Program-made: the position numbers and the translations under genes
In this document: in pieces, positions 38,866-49,029 of the stretch
How positions within the stretch are numbered: position 1 is the stretch's first letter
How the letters are laid out: each line of letters starts with the position of its first letter
Virus record (IMG/VR): IMGVR_UViG_3300026442_000101
Origin: a virus
Lineage: Duplodnaviria; Caudoviricetes
Direction: 5' to 3' (one strand)
DNA: 64,000 nt
Notes under the pieces: generated by a model
The model's input: only the letters and a program-made list of their open reading frames with translations
The model's database searches: none
What the model was told of the DNA's origin: nothing

Positions 38866-40857
38866 TCAGCAGGTCACTTCAGGTGACAGCAGCGGGTCAA
38901 GCAAGTGCTGCGGTCTATCCACCACCAGATACGACTCGATAGTCTCGAGCAGCTTCCGGCCACCTTGGTAGGCGAAGAACGGACCCATGGAACGACCACT
39001 GATTACGTGGTCGTATTTCGCAAAGCGAGTGGGTTCGCCCAGTGGTGGGATTCGATAATCGCCGAAGCGATCTTTCGATACCATCATCGAAGTCATCACG
39101 ACCGCAACGTGAGTCATGTGGACAGGCACTTTGACTGCGATAGTCTCGTACAGGTCCAGCAATGCTTCGGTTGGATCGTCGTACGCTGCCAGTTGCTTCA
39201 GACGACCGAGGTGTCGATTGGAACTGTCGCGAGTCGAGCGGATCATCCCCTCAACTTCTGCCGCGAAGTCCTTCATGCTGCCGTGGCGGTTCGGCAACTC
39301 GAACACTGGGTTATCGAAGTTCCAGTTCTCAAGGCTGATGTGATAGAAACCATCATCATGAATCTTGAAGTTCCCGTTAACGAAGAACCTGAGGAACTGT
39401 TCGGTCAGGTACGCAGTACGTGCACCACGCGATACAGAAACGTGATACCGCACTGGCTGCTTGCTTTCGCTTGGGATTTCGAAAGTAACGTCACGGAACT
39501 GACTGAACCGTGCAGCACTCATTCCATCCTTCACATCGGCACGACGGAGGATCGGCAGCTTGGAGCCGTTGATCACACCGTCACGCGCGCCGGAACGCAG
39601 CAACAACTTGATGCCTTTCTTTTCCACACGCGGGTTCAGTCGAATCACGTTAGGCTCAGCACCCGGCAGAATGTACGGCCGTTCCTCTTCACTGATGTTG
39701 ATCGGATCAGAGGCGGCAGATGCTTCAGAGTGCTTAACCTTCAGTACCTGCTGGGAGATCTCGGACTGAGTCATCGTGGAAGCGATGTGGCCGATGTTCG
39801 CACCGTACGGCACGTTATAGGCCAACAGACCGTAGCAGGTTCGACAAACACAGTTGTGGTGGCGCCACGCACAGTTGAACGGAGTCCGGAAACTCTGGAC
39901 CGTATCGATCAGGTGCGTATCGCTGTCACGCAGCGGGATGAACTTGCCGGTCGCCTTATCCAGATAGTTCAGCCCGTCTAGACCTTTGAACCTGCCTTTG
40001 GTGATCAGGATATCCGACATGACCCGAGAGCCACAGTCGTTCATGATCAGCAGGTCCACCTGAGCCGACGTAAACTGCATCTTGCGGTTACCGTATTCGG
40101 TTTGCTCAAGAGGCGCACCGGTAAAGATAATCGCTTTAGCAGCCAGCGTCGATTCCATGATGGCTTCGGCAGGATCGTGGATACCTGCGAAGTAGTTGCC
40201 CAGGATTGGCTTGTTGTACACATGGCTGTCGATGTCGGTGTTGAAACCGCGCACCACCAGGATCTGCAATAGCTGCTCCATCTTAAGCAACCCTGCCCGG
40301 ATGTCAGAGATGATGACGTTCCGGCCCAACTTCGGATCACGCTCCAGGATCAGCTTGACCGTGTCATAAGCTTTCTCGATAGCGATCTTCGTCGCCTCTC
40401 GGATTGCCGTGTCGCGCGCTTCCTTGATCGGCGGATATTCGTACAGATCGCTGAAGTCGAACGAGCTACTTCCGCGGATGTATTCCGAATACTCGACGAT
40501 CGAGTCGTTGTACAGCCGGTTAGTGGAGTAATACCCAGCACGCCACAGTTCTTCACGGTTGTAGCCGCGTTCCCCGTATTCGTTATGGACATCCTCCACG
40601 ATGGCCGACTGCACATCCTGGATCTTGTTATTCGACAATGGACCATTGCCGATGTGGTGGCGCTTATAGATCCCTAGCCGATTGTACTCCTCGTGTGGGA
40701 GCCACAGCTTGCGAGAGACCTGCGTGCGGTAGGTGTTGGTGATCAGCTCATCGCCGTCATCGAACACCAGGATGAATTCCTCATGGTCGTGGCATGGCCA
40801 TCGATTCTGAGGAGTTTCAAACAGCTCACGCGCCGAATACCGATTGTGACTTGGCAT
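38866..40857 (-). CDS. Non-virion RNA polymerase beta' C-part (phiKZ gp74-like)
   Basis: FRTPFNC...VCRTCYG Zn site; GANIGHIA...SQQVLKVKH trigger-loop equivalent. Confidence 0.9.
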   Translation of the reverse strand: MPSHNRYSARELFETPQNRWPCHDHEEFILVFDDGDELITNTYRTQVSRKLWLPHEEYNRLGIYKRHHIGNGPLSNNKIQDVQSAIVEDVHNEYGERGYNREELWRAGYYSTNRLYNDSIVEYSEYIRGSSSFDFSDLYEYPPIKEARDTAIREATKIAIEKAYDTVKLILERDPKLGRNVIISDIRAGLLKMEQLLQILVVRGFNTDIDSHVYNKPILGNYFAGIHDPAEAIMESTLAAKAIIFTGAPLEQTEYGNRKMQFTSAQVDLLIMNDCGSRVMSDILITKGRFKGLDGLNYLDKATGKFIPLRDSDTHLIDTVQSFRTPFNCAWRHHNCVCRTCYGLLAYNVPYGANIGHIASTMTQSEISQQVLKVKHSEASAASDPINISEEERPYILPGAEPNVIRLNPRVEKKGIKLLLRSGARDGVINGSKLPILRRADVKDGMSAARFSQFRDVTFEIPSESKQPVRYHVSVSRGARTAYLTEQFLRFFVNGNFKIHDDGFYHISLENWNFDNPVFELPNRHGSMKDFAAEVEGMIRSTRDSSNRHLGRLKQLAAYDDPTEALLDLYETIAVKVPVHMTHVAVVMTSMMVSKDRFGDYRIPPLGEPTRFAKYDHVISGRSMGPFFAYQGGRKLLETIESYLVVDRPQHLLDPLLSPEVTC

Positions 40858-40871
40858 GTAACATCACCTCC

Positions 40872-43064
40872 TTAAATCGGGACTCGCAGGTCTCGTTCGC
40901 GTTGTTCTGGATCTGCACGGGAGATGTTCTTCCCAGATACCACCAGGTTGTGGATGACGTACTGAAGTGGACGGTGTCCACCCAGCGGGAACTTCTTCCG
41001 ATCGATCAACTGCGGGATGTTGGTCGGAGTCGGGTGAGTCAGGATCACGTCGCAAGCTTCACGGTGAACGACAGGGTTGTTATTCATGTCGTTCATTTCA
41101 GCGATCCAGTCACCGCCCATGGCTGCAGCCATGTTCCGCTCTTCCGATTCGCCAGCGGTCTTAGTGACGGTTTCACGGCCAGGACTCGAGTACTTGTCGG
41201 CGTTAGTCAGACGGGCAGGAGTGCCGAATGGACCAAGCTTCGAGGAACTCTGACCTGACCAGTCAGTAGCCGTCTTCTCCAGCGCCATGTAGTAGTTCGG
41301 TCCAATCAAGCATGGCTGCTTGGTGGTCACCATTTCACCAGCCAAGTTACGGTACGTCACGACGCTCATCTCTGGGCAATACGGACCGTTCTTGATTTCG
41401 TTGATCACGGTATCCATGCGGACGCCGCTGTTTGCTGGGATGTGGAGATACAGACCGTACGGCTGAGCACCGTCTTCGATGACCTTGATCAGGTGCGCCA
41501 GGTGGCGACCTTGTGGGATCGTTTCAGGGCGAGACAGAATGCCGTGCATCTTTGGCGAAACCATCTTGTAGAAGCCCATCAGGTACGCGAAGTTCTTCAT
41601 CGACAGCACCTGGTTATCTTGCATGCAGACCGCATGCTTAATAACGTTGGTTGGGATCTCCCCAGTATCTGGCAGACCGTAGGTCCGGCGGATACGCTTG
41701 ATGATGTCGCGGCCGGCAGCGCCAACTACCAGCTCGTGCTGACGACCGTTGTTCAGACGGTTAACAGTCGAGTTGGAGAAGATCACCACGTCAGCCCGAT
41801 TGCCGAACTGATCGACAGGCATGTCCTCGTCTTCTACTACAGCCGAGCCTACGCCTTTACCGCCTGCGGTATCGGTAACCTTTGGACCTTCACCGATCGC
41901 GGTCTTGTACTGGTAGATGACGTCTACACGCCATTCATCCAACACTTCACCGCGGTAGTTCTTCATGATTCGCAGCAGCTCGCTACGACTCTTCGGCCAG
42001 ATACCTTCGTCGATGAGTGATTCACCAGCCCGAGCGATTGCTTCGTAGAGCATCTCCCACAGACGCGGGGAGAGTTCCACGTCATCCGACATCTGACCGC
42101 CTTTACGGCAGAGGCAGGTGCGGATCAGGTTGATGTAGAAACGCTTGTCGGCTTCGTAATACTTACGGAACTGACGACTCATCTCTTCAGGCATACGTGG
42201 ATTCGACAGCCGGTCGTTGTGCATCACCCGGATATCTACCACTGTTGCTTCAGGGATACCGAACACTGTGGTATCCAACCCATAGACCGGCTTGAGCAAT
42301 TGCTTGCGGGTCATGTACATCGCGTCGTACTTCTCGGAATACGGACGTTGGGCACAAATCAAACCGTTGCTGTGGATCTTCTGACCGATCTCCGGCAGAG
42401 GCTGATAGACATTCTCCGTGCCGTAGATGTTAGCCGGGTAGTGAGTACGGCCGCAAGAGATCGTACGCATTTCGAAACCGTCGGAACGGATACGGTTTGC
42501 GTAGGTCTTGGAATACTTCACGCCGTCTTCAGTACCTGCCGGATCAGAGATCATGCAGACGTTGGTTTCCAGGCCGTACATGTAATCGCCATGCTCCGTT
42601 ACAGCTGGGGAGCGGGCAATCGTCACGTCTTTATCAAACCTGGCGCCTGGGACCAGCTTGTCGTAGACGTCGGTGTCGAACTCGAACTGGAACCCGTAGT
42701 GCTGGTGCATTACGTGGAACTTGGTCAGCTCAATAACGTCCAGACGCTTTGTATCGTAATCCTCGAAGATAACGAGGTCCAGCGGGTTGATGTCGAACGA
42801 ATCTCCGAACTTTGTGGAGGTCAGTCTCGGGATGACTGCCTTGACCACGGCTTTGGAAGGAAACTTATGACTAAAAGTACCACGAGCCAGTTCACGTTCA
42901 AGGCCAGATTGCTGACGCTTGATAGTCCGACCGTCAACCACCACGAACTGTGATAGGTTACCGGTATACATGACCTGACGAGCACCGGCTACGTAAGGCC
43001 AATACGGGTTGGCCCCACTGATCGGTACCATTTCTGGCGGCGTTTCAAAAACAGTTGAGGACAT
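40872..43064 (-). CDS. Non-virion RNA polymerase beta C-part (phiKZ gp71-73-like), uninterrupted
   Basis: GPKVTDTAGGKGV, NRLNNGRQHE, IGPNYYMALEK, KTAGESEER. Confidence 0.9.
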   Translation of the reverse strand: MSSTVFETPPEMVPISGANPYWPYVAGARQVMYTGNLSQFVVVDGRTIKRQQSGLERELARGTFSHKFPSKAVVKAVIPRLTSTKFGDSFDINPLDLVIFEDYDTKRLDVIELTKFHVMHQHYGFQFEFDTDVYDKLVPGARFDKDVTIARSPAVTEHGDYMYGLETNVCMISDPAGTEDGVKYSKTYANRIRSDGFEMRTISCGRTHYPANIYGTENVYQPLPEIGQKIHSNGLICAQRPYSEKYDAMYMTRKQLLKPVYGLDTTVFGIPEATVVDIRVMHNDRLSNPRMPEEMSRQFRKYYEADKRFYINLIRTCLCRKGGQMSDDVELSPRLWEMLYEAIARAGESLIDEGIWPKSRSELLRIMKNYRGEVLDEWRVDVIYQYKTAIGEGPKVTDTAGGKGVGSAVVEDEDMPVDQFGNRADVVIFSNSTVNRLNNGRQHELVVGAAGRDIIKRIRRTYGLPDTGEIPTNVIKHAVCMQDNQVLSMKNFAYLMGFYKMVSPKMHGILSRPETIPQGRHLAHLIKVIEDGAQPYGLYLHIPANSGVRMDTVINEIKNGPYCPEMSVVTYRNLAGEMVTTKQPCLIGPNYYMALEKTATDWSGQSSSKLGPFGTPARLTNADKYSSPGRETVTKTAGESEERNMAAAMGGDWIAEMNDMNNNPVVHREACDVILTHPTPTNIPQLIDRKKFPLGGHRPLQYVIHNLVVSGKNISRADPEQRERDLRVPI

Positions 43065-43106
43065 TCAACGACTCTCCGTTGATGGGGCGATGGTGTTACT
43101 AAACTG

Positions 43107-43130
43107 ATAATGTATAACCAAAGACTTTAC
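43107..43130 (-). promoter_or_regulatory. Putative promoter GTAAA-N12-ACATTAT for RNAP beta gene
   Basis: Same bipartite motif as 48095 and 58736, 42 nt before the ATG. Confidence 0.55.
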
Positions 43131-43141
43131 GGGACAGTTCG

Positions 43142-43486
43142 ATGGCTACTAAGCTCGATTCACTACAAGTTGCAACTCCAGATGAGTACACCTTGAGCGA
43201 GGGATACAACACTTTCCTTCAATCTATGGTAGGGTATATTCGAAACGATCCGAACACTCGGGCGATTACTATTGATCCTGAGGTCGGCTATCTTTACAAA
43301 TTCGACTTGACGGCGTTCCTCCTGTCCCAGAGTGTGGAGCTGGAGGATCATCGACTTATCATGATGGTCAACGGTATCAGTTCACGGCATCAAATCGATG
43401 AGACCATGACTTCTCTGCTTATTCCTAACCAGGCATTGGTCGCCAGACTGAAGCAAATCTACCGGACATCGATGACTGTCGGTTAA
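43142..43486 (+). CDS. Small conserved protein on opposite strand (possible LysM/T4 gp53-like)
   Basis: 114 aa; Y..DL..FL...IMMVNGI...SLLIP pattern; fold is inference. Confidence 0.55.
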   Translation: MATKLDSLQVATPDEYTLSEGYNTFLQSMVGYIRNDPNTRAITIDPEVGYLYKFDLTAFLLSQSVELEDHRLIMMVNGISSRHQIDETMTSLLIPNQALVARLKQIYRTSMTVG

Positions 43487-43489
43487 ACG

Positions 43490-43535
43490 AAAAAAGAAAA
43501 GCAAAGCGGGGAGTCACCTCCCCGCCTTTATGCCG
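43490..43535. terminator. Bidirectional terminator
   Basis: Stem GCGGGGAG/CTCCCCGC (43506-43525), A-tract 43490-43500, TATGCCG at 43529. Confidence 0.8.
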
Positions 43536-44786
43536 TTACCAGCGGCGACCGCCACGGCCACCACGTTCACGGTCACGATCGCGGTCATCGCGACGGTAAT
43601 CCCGATCACGATCCCGATCGTCACGACGAGAGTCGCGGTCACGGTCACGTCCACGATCGTCACGCTCGTCGCGACGACCACCCAGCAGGTCCTTCAGAGA
43701 ACCCTTGCCACTACGGCCTTGATCACGGCTAGGCTCGCGAGAATCGCGACGATCCTCACGAACGTCCCGGCGATCGCTACGCCCAAGTCGACGATCACGC
43801 TCGTCGTCCGTTTCTTCCCAAGGCAGGTCATCAACGACCCCCACCGCTTCACCACTTGCATCGTAAACAGATTCCTCTTCCTCATCTTCACGGCCGGTGT
43901 TGCCTGGCAGTGCCGGAACAGAAACGCCGTATTTCTTTGCAAATTCGCCGAAGCCGTCGAGAGCTGCGACCCAACCCATGCCGAACTTGAAACCTTCCAA
44001 ATGAGCGCAGGCTGGAGCGTGGAGTTCCAGCAGGCCATTCAGACGTTCGGTCAGCTTACGGAACGACAGCAGCAGGGAGTGGTAGTACGGAGCACTGCCA
44101 TCTTTCGAACCGCTGCTGTATGCCTTACGCTCTTCTTCATCACCCAGGATGTATTCGAGCACTGCGACCAAGAGCGCTTTGTCCTTGGTCTTACGCGGCA
44201 TCTTCACCCCGAAGAACTCGGAGGTATCGTCGGTATGCGCATCGTCCATGATCGGGAAGGATACATGGCAGGCACGCAGCGAGCCGTCGTCGGTCTTGTT
44301 CTTGAGGAACATGGTGAGCAGGTGTTTCTCAGGCGCCGAACCAACGGCATCCTTTACCACCTTGCGCATGGTGTCGACCGTTTTCTGGTCGGCATCAATC
44401 ACCTTCTTCAGGAACGCCGAGGCTTTGGCGGTCAGCGCTTTGTGGCGCTTAGGCTCAGCCGCCAGTTCGATCAACGCCATGGCCAATTCCTGAATGGTAA
44501 CCTTCAGGCGCTCGGTCATGTAGTTCTTGTTGGCATTCAGCACAGGCGATGGGCCTTCGCTGATTTGCTCTGCCAGTGGGTGGAATGCAGTGCGATCCGT
44601 CCAGTTACCTTCGCGGATGAACTTCTCGGTCGGGAAGACCAGGCGACTGCCGTTCAGACGTACCGGCTTGACTGCACCGTTGGCCATGTAGGAACAGGTG
44701 CCGCCACCGTCTGCGTCAAAGACACCGACATCAGCCAGCTGTGGGATATACAGCTCATTATTGAGCGTGTCAATTTTGCTCGACAT
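43536..44786 (-). CDS. Conserved nucleus-block protein (phiKZ gp70-like) with Arg/Asp-rich C-tail
   Basis: 416 aa; synteny; last ~90 aa RDRDRDSRRDDRDRDRDYRRDD... Confidence 0.65.
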   Translation of the reverse strand: MSSKIDTLNNELYIPQLADVGVFDADGGGTCSYMANGAVKPVRLNGSRLVFPTEKFIREGNWTDRTAFHPLAEQISEGPSPVLNANKNYMTERLKVTIQELAMALIELAAEPKRHKALTAKASAFLKKVIDADQKTVDTMRKVVKDAVGSAPEKHLLTMFLKNKTDDGSLRACHVSFPIMDDAHTDDTSEFFGVKMPRKTKDKALLVAVLEYILGDEEERKAYSSGSKDGSAPYYHSLLLSFRKLTERLNGLLELHAPACAHLEGFKFGMGWVAALDGFGEFAKKYGVSVPALPGNTGREDEEEESVYDASGEAVGVVDDLPWEETDDERDRRLGRSDRRDVREDRRDSREPSRDQGRSGKGSLKDLLGGRRDERDDRGRDRDRDSRRDDRDRDRDYRRDDRDRDRERGGRGGRRW

Positions 44787-44815
44787 CTTTGGACCTTCTA
44801 TTTAAAGAAGCCCTG

Positions 44816-46438
44816 TTACCAGGACTTCGGCTTATCGGAGGGGCGACCACGACCACCGCGATCGCGGTCATCACGATCGTCACGACGGGTGTCGCGATCG
44901 TCACGGCGACGGTCATCGCCACGACCTTCTTGACGACGCGCTTCACCACCTAGGATGATGCGTGGTTCGTCTACATGGCTCTTGTTCTGACCCGAGCGGA
45001 CGTTGGCCAGACCGGCCGACAGATCAATGATGCCCTTGGCGAGCTGATCTACCGAACGGAGACTATTGTCCATGGTCATTGCACAGCAGCCGCTGGCGAA
45101 GGCCGGGAAGCGGAAGCTCTGCTCGCGACCACCGTCCAGCTTGATACGGATACGGATCTCGGTATCGATGTTCGCATCAATTGTAGCTTCTATATCGAAC
45201 ATGCCGCCTTTGGATACTTCTTCAAGCAGTACGTGCTCGCACTGATCTTCGAAGTACGCGAAGTTGGCCTTTACCGACAACCCTTCGACGAACGGAGCGA
45301 TCGGGCCGGTAAGCACCTTGTACTCGCCTTGACGGGCAAGGTTGGTGATTCGCAGGCTCTTCACTTCCGAATACATCGAATTGATCATGATGCCCGGCAG
45401 AGTGTTCGCAATGATGGTAGCTGCGATACATTCGTTGGTATCTTCGTTCCAGCTGTTGAGCTGGTTGAAGTCTTCACGGGACGACTTGTACGGCTTGAAG
45501 CCGAGCTGTTCGTCTTCGTTGAAGTCCGGGTTCATGTCCATCAGTTCGCCGAACGTGATGTAGCCGGAGGCCAGGATGTTCGAATCGCGCTTGATCGACT
45601 CGATGAACGGATCCTGTTCGATCTGGTTCTCTTGAACCTTATCGAGTGCCGAGGCGATGGTTTCTTCACGATCGTCATCACCCAGATACGCGGACGACGG
45701 CGCACCACTTGCTGCGACGTAAGCATTCAAGCTACGCTGCATGAAGTTGGTCGGACTGTTGTTCGACAGGTTCGACGCGCGCAGGGCGGTACTGAAAGCA
45801 CCCGACAGGTTGACAACATCGCTGTTGTTCTGGCGGATATGTGCACCGAACGAAGACTCAGAACCACCGCGACGGAAGATGTCGGTTGGGCGCAGAGTCA
45901 CTGGACGATCGTCACCCTTACCGGCACGGGCACCAGCTTGGCCGGTTAGACCAGAGCGGCGCAGGATCTGGTCATGCTGCTGAATACGCGGCTGCCAGAC
46001 CTGCTTGTTCCGCCCATCTTCACGGAAGTTCGACAGGGTCATGTGAACCCTGGTGATCTGGTTGAAGTACATCCTCATGTTCCGGTCGAACCGAATGGTG
46101 CGGTTCGAGATCTTCGACAGCTCAGCATGGTCGGTGTAACCTACGATGTACTCGTAAGTCTTACCGCCGGAACGGTCCAGGGTGGCAACTACCATCCCGA
46201 ACATGATGCGCTTCTGATCCCAGCCGTTGTCGATGAACGACTTATGTTTCCGGCGGGACGATGGACCGATAAGTGGAGACGCCACCTTCGCCAGACGGCT
46301 GGAGGTAAGACGTGTGCCGCCCTCGGTAGCCTCGGCGAACAGGTCGATGTGGTGACTCTTGAGCGAGTGGTCGATCGGGCGGATAAGTGGAGCATCCGTA
46401 CCCGCTTGCTCAATGAACACCAGTTTAATCAGTTCCAT
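44816..46438 (-). CDS. Probable phage-nucleus import protein PicA/Imp1 (phiKZ gp69-like)
   Basis: 540 aa directly after the gp68-like gene; N-terminal LVFIEQAGTDAPLIRP; Arg/Asp C-tail; assignment mainly by synteny and size. Confidence 0.65.
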   Translation of the reverse strand: MELIKLVFIEQAGTDAPLIRPIDHSLKSHHIDLFAEATEGGTRLTSSRLAKVASPLIGPSSRRKHKSFIDNGWDQKRIMFGMVVATLDRSGGKTYEYIVGYTDHAELSKISNRTIRFDRNMRMYFNQITRVHMTLSNFREDGRNKQVWQPRIQQHDQILRRSGLTGQAGARAGKGDDRPVTLRPTDIFRRGGSESSFGAHIRQNNSDVVNLSGAFSTALRASNLSNNSPTNFMQRSLNAYVAASGAPSSAYLGDDDREETIASALDKVQENQIEQDPFIESIKRDSNILASGYITFGELMDMNPDFNEDEQLGFKPYKSSREDFNQLNSWNEDTNECIAATIIANTLPGIMINSMYSEVKSLRITNLARQGEYKVLTGPIAPFVEGLSVKANFAYFEDQCEHVLLEEVSKGGMFDIEATIDANIDTEIRIRIKLDGGREQSFRFPAFASGCCAMTMDNSLRSVDQLAKGIIDLSAGLANVRSGQNKSHVDEPRIILGGEARRQEGRGDDRRRDDRDTRRDDRDDRDRGGRGRPSDKPKSW

Positions 46439-46468
46439 CTTCTACTCCTTAAATCGCAGCAATTTGAC

Positions 46469-48061
46469 TCAGCGTTGGAATTCGTCGATCTTGATAAGCA
46501 ATTCGGCGAGTTCATCACGCAGGTCGGTGGATGGTTCGAGACGACGCGTTACGTCCACTCGGTTGTAATCGCGGCCTAGCTCTTTACAGCAGTGTGGTTC
46601 CCAGTCATATTTGAAGAACGCCACTGCGACCTCCTCGACATCACGTACCCCTACGTTGGTCGAAGTGGTAAGCTCGCTACGTTTACCTTCTGGAATCTTG
46701 TACGGATAGATGATATCCAACATCTCCAGGTTCTTTGCGTTGATCTTCAAACGAGAGATCGGTGTCGGTAACTCACCTTCCTCGAGATAGATCGGTGTTG
46801 CGGTCAGCAGCACAGCCAGCTGTTTGAATCCCCAATTCCACAGCACTGACTGAGCGATACCCATCGTGGTCAGCAGCGTCTTCCGGTCAAACATCTCCGG
46901 GACACAACCTGCGATTACGGTGGACATTACCCAGATGCAGAGCGTGATCTGCTCATCGCGAGGATCGAAACGATCCAGGTTCTGAGTTTGGCTCACGCAT
47001 TTCTCGATCCGTTCCGGTGTAAGGTTCGGGTCGATGTCGGCAGCTGCCTTCAGATACTTCATGACGTACAGTCGGAAGATCGCCAAGTCGCCGGTACTGA
47101 TCGACTCTTTCATCTTGAAGACACACCAGACTGATCCATTCGAATCGTCCATCATGCCTTCATTGTCGGTTTTCTTCCGGATGTTGTTTCCGAAAGCGGC
47201 CGGCATGCGGTTGTTCTTACCGCAGACGTAGTTGTACACGATCTTCATCAGGTGGTCTTTATCGGTCAGGGCCGACAGAGGCGCCACCGACAGTTTCCTG
47301 ATCGTTGCCAGAGAAACCAGGTACTTCGGAATCTCTTCGCTGGAAAGGTGCTGGAACACGATTGGAAGCTCGAAGTCATCCTCATCAATGTTCGCCCGAA
47401 CGTAAGTTTCCAAACGCGCGAATGCCGGGCAGTCGAACAGCCGGGAACGCTCCAGCAATTGGAACGCCTCGTACTCTTTCCACTTAGCTCCTTTCTCTTT
47501 ACCGACGATCGGCAGGTACGCGCCCCAGACCGGAACCATGCACCGAGTACCCAGAGCCGCTGCGGTAAGATCGATGTACTCGCTCTTACGGTAGGTACGC
47601 TCCATGTAGATCGGCGTGATCTTATCGGTCGTTTCGTACTTGTCCGACAGTTCTGGCGGCAGCTTGATCTTCGGGTTGTTGACCACGTATTCACGCAGGT
47701 CTTCGAACAGCACGATATCAAAGATGCCGGTCACTACCTCGGCCAGCAAGCTGTCCAAGGTATCAGATTCCGTTTCGGATGGTGCGAATTCCCCGTAGGT
47801 ATCGAGAATGGTTTCCAGACGAGCGTAGCACTCGTACAGAGCCAACTGTTTATCTTTGGGGAGTCTTGCGATGAATTCGTTGATCTCCTCGAACAGTTCT
47901 GTTCTATGCCCGAGCTCGAACGAATCGTCTTGCCTGATGGCACCAGGTTTAGCATTGGCGTAGCCACCGGCGTTTACGACGATCTCGTTCTCCCCTTCGT
48001 GACTGATCGTCACCATGGAGAAACTTCGTTTCGTATACCCCGAGATTGTAAATTCCATCAA
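46469..48061 (-). CDS. Probable nvRNAP sigma-like subunit (phiKZ gp68-like)
   Basis: 530 aa; position between gp67- and gp69-like genes; ERTYRKSEYIDL segment; synteny. Confidence 0.7.
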   Translation of the reverse strand: MMEFTISGYTKRSFSMVTISHEGENEIVVNAGGYANAKPGAIRQDDSFELGHRTELFEEINEFIARLPKDKQLALYECYARLETILDTYGEFAPSETESDTLDSLLAEVVTGIFDIVLFEDLREYVVNNPKIKLPPELSDKYETTDKITPIYMERTYRKSEYIDLTAAALGTRCMVPVWGAYLPIVGKEKGAKWKEYEAFQLLERSRLFDCPAFARLETYVRANIDEDDFELPIVFQHLSSEEIPKYLVSLATIRKLSVAPLSALTDKDHLMKIVYNYVCGKNNRMPAAFGNNIRKKTDNEGMMDDSNGSVWCVFKMKESISTGDLAIFRLYVMKYLKAAADIDPNLTPERIEKCVSQTQNLDRFDPRDEQITLCIWVMSTVIAGCVPEMFDRKTLLTTMGIAQSVLWNWGFKQLAVLLTATPIYLEEGELPTPISRLKINAKNLEMLDIIYPYKIPEGKRSELTTSTNVGVRDVEEVAVAFFKYDWEPHCCKELGRDYNRVDVTRRLEPSTDLRDELAELLIKIDEFQR

Positions 48062-48094
48062 CCCGCTCCGGTTTGTTTACTGCGCTTCTATTAC

Positions 48095-48123
48095 ATAATG
48101 TGGCATTGTAGTAATTTACACTG
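48095..48123 (-). promoter_or_regulatory. Putative promoter CAGTGTAAATTACTACAATGCCACATTAT
   Basis: Near-identical 29-bp element at 58736-58764; lies 33 nt before the ATG. Confidence 0.7.
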
Positions 48124-48140
48124 CCGCGGCACAAAGCCCC

Positions 48141-48168
48141 GCTACATGCGCCTTTCAGCGCATGTAGC
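48141..48168 (-). terminator. Hairpin after ChmC-like gene
   Basis: 11-bp stem GCTACATGCGC/GCGCATGTAGC; weak U-tract. Confidence 0.55.
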
Positions 48169-48183
48169 TTGGCCGGATTGCCA

Positions 48184-48975
48184 CTAGAACGGAATGTCGT
48201 CGTCGAAGCCGTTGTCATCCATCGCTGGTACTGGGACCGATGGTGCTTGGCGCTGCTGTTGCTGGTTGTTCTGGTAGTTGCTACCGCCACCGCCGTTATT
48301 GCGCTGCTGGTAACCACCCTGACCACCCTGACCACCGCCTTGGGCGCGCTGCATGTTTTCCAGGCGGCGACGCTTCTGGAACTCAGGCTCTTGCCAGTTC
48401 ACGGTGTAGTGGGTGAAGTAAACTTCGGTCAGAGCTTCGGCCCAGGCGATTGCCGCGATCGAGGAACTGATCTTGACATCAACCGGCTGACCATTCTGCA
48501 TGATCGGGTGGAACTCGTCGCTCGCGAACTCGAAGATCACGTCGTCTTTGCCCTTGGCGGTAACGCCGAAGGTAATCACGCCGTCTTCGCGCTTGGCGAC
48601 TTGGAAACGGGAGATGATCATGCGCTCTTTCGAACGGACGTTCTTACCGGCGTCTTTGTCCCACATGAATGGGTGACCCCAGTTGTCCATTTCGAATTCG
48701 CACGGCACCTTAGACTTGGCGACGTTGATGATCAGGTTCATCAGCGATTTGAATGGACGTGGCGCCATCGGCGTCTCGATCTTGATCGGATAACCTTCTT
48801 TGCCGTTGCGGCCTTCGGTTTTGATACCGAGGTCAGCTTCCAGCACCGGGTTGTTTTCCGACTTCTTCAGTCGCAGCATCGACTGACGACCGTCAGGACG
48901 CAGGGCCGGGCCATACAGGCGCAGCTTGGTGTCGTCTACCGCGGTAGGGTCTTTGCGTGGTTTTTGCTCAGCCAT
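48184..48975 (-). CDS. Probable ChmC/Imp6-like nucleic-acid-binding protein (phiKZ gp67-like) with G/Q/N linker and SSB-type DDDIPF tip
   Basis: Start reset to ATG 48975 (GAGG); C-terminus GGGQGGQGGYQQRNNGGGGSNYQNNQQQQ...GFDDDIPF; synteny before gp68-like gene. Confidence 0.65.
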   Translation of the reverse strand: MAEQKPRKDPTAVDDTKLRLYGPALRPDGRQSMLRLKKSENNPVLEADLGIKTEGRNGKEGYPIKIETPMAPRPFKSLMNLIINVAKSKVPCEFEMDNWGHPFMWDKDAGKNVRSKERMIISRFQVAKREDGVITFGVTAKGKDDVIFEFASDEFHPIMQNGQPVDVKISSSIAAIAWAEALTEVYFTHYTVNWQEPEFQKRRRLENMQRAQGGGQGGQGGYQQRNNGGGGSNYQNNQQQQRQAPSVPVPAMDDNGFDDDIPF

Positions 48976-49029
48976 TGTAGCGCCTCGTTGGGGGATATTG
49001 GACATTCCATTGTCCGGGTCAATAACAAA

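Noticed and set aside
43540-43815. Degenerate hexamer/nonamer DNA repeats (also ~44850-44930 and ~58380-58500) as CRISPR or VNTR
   Set aside because: No repeat-spacer structure; explained by Arg/Asp codons in protein tails
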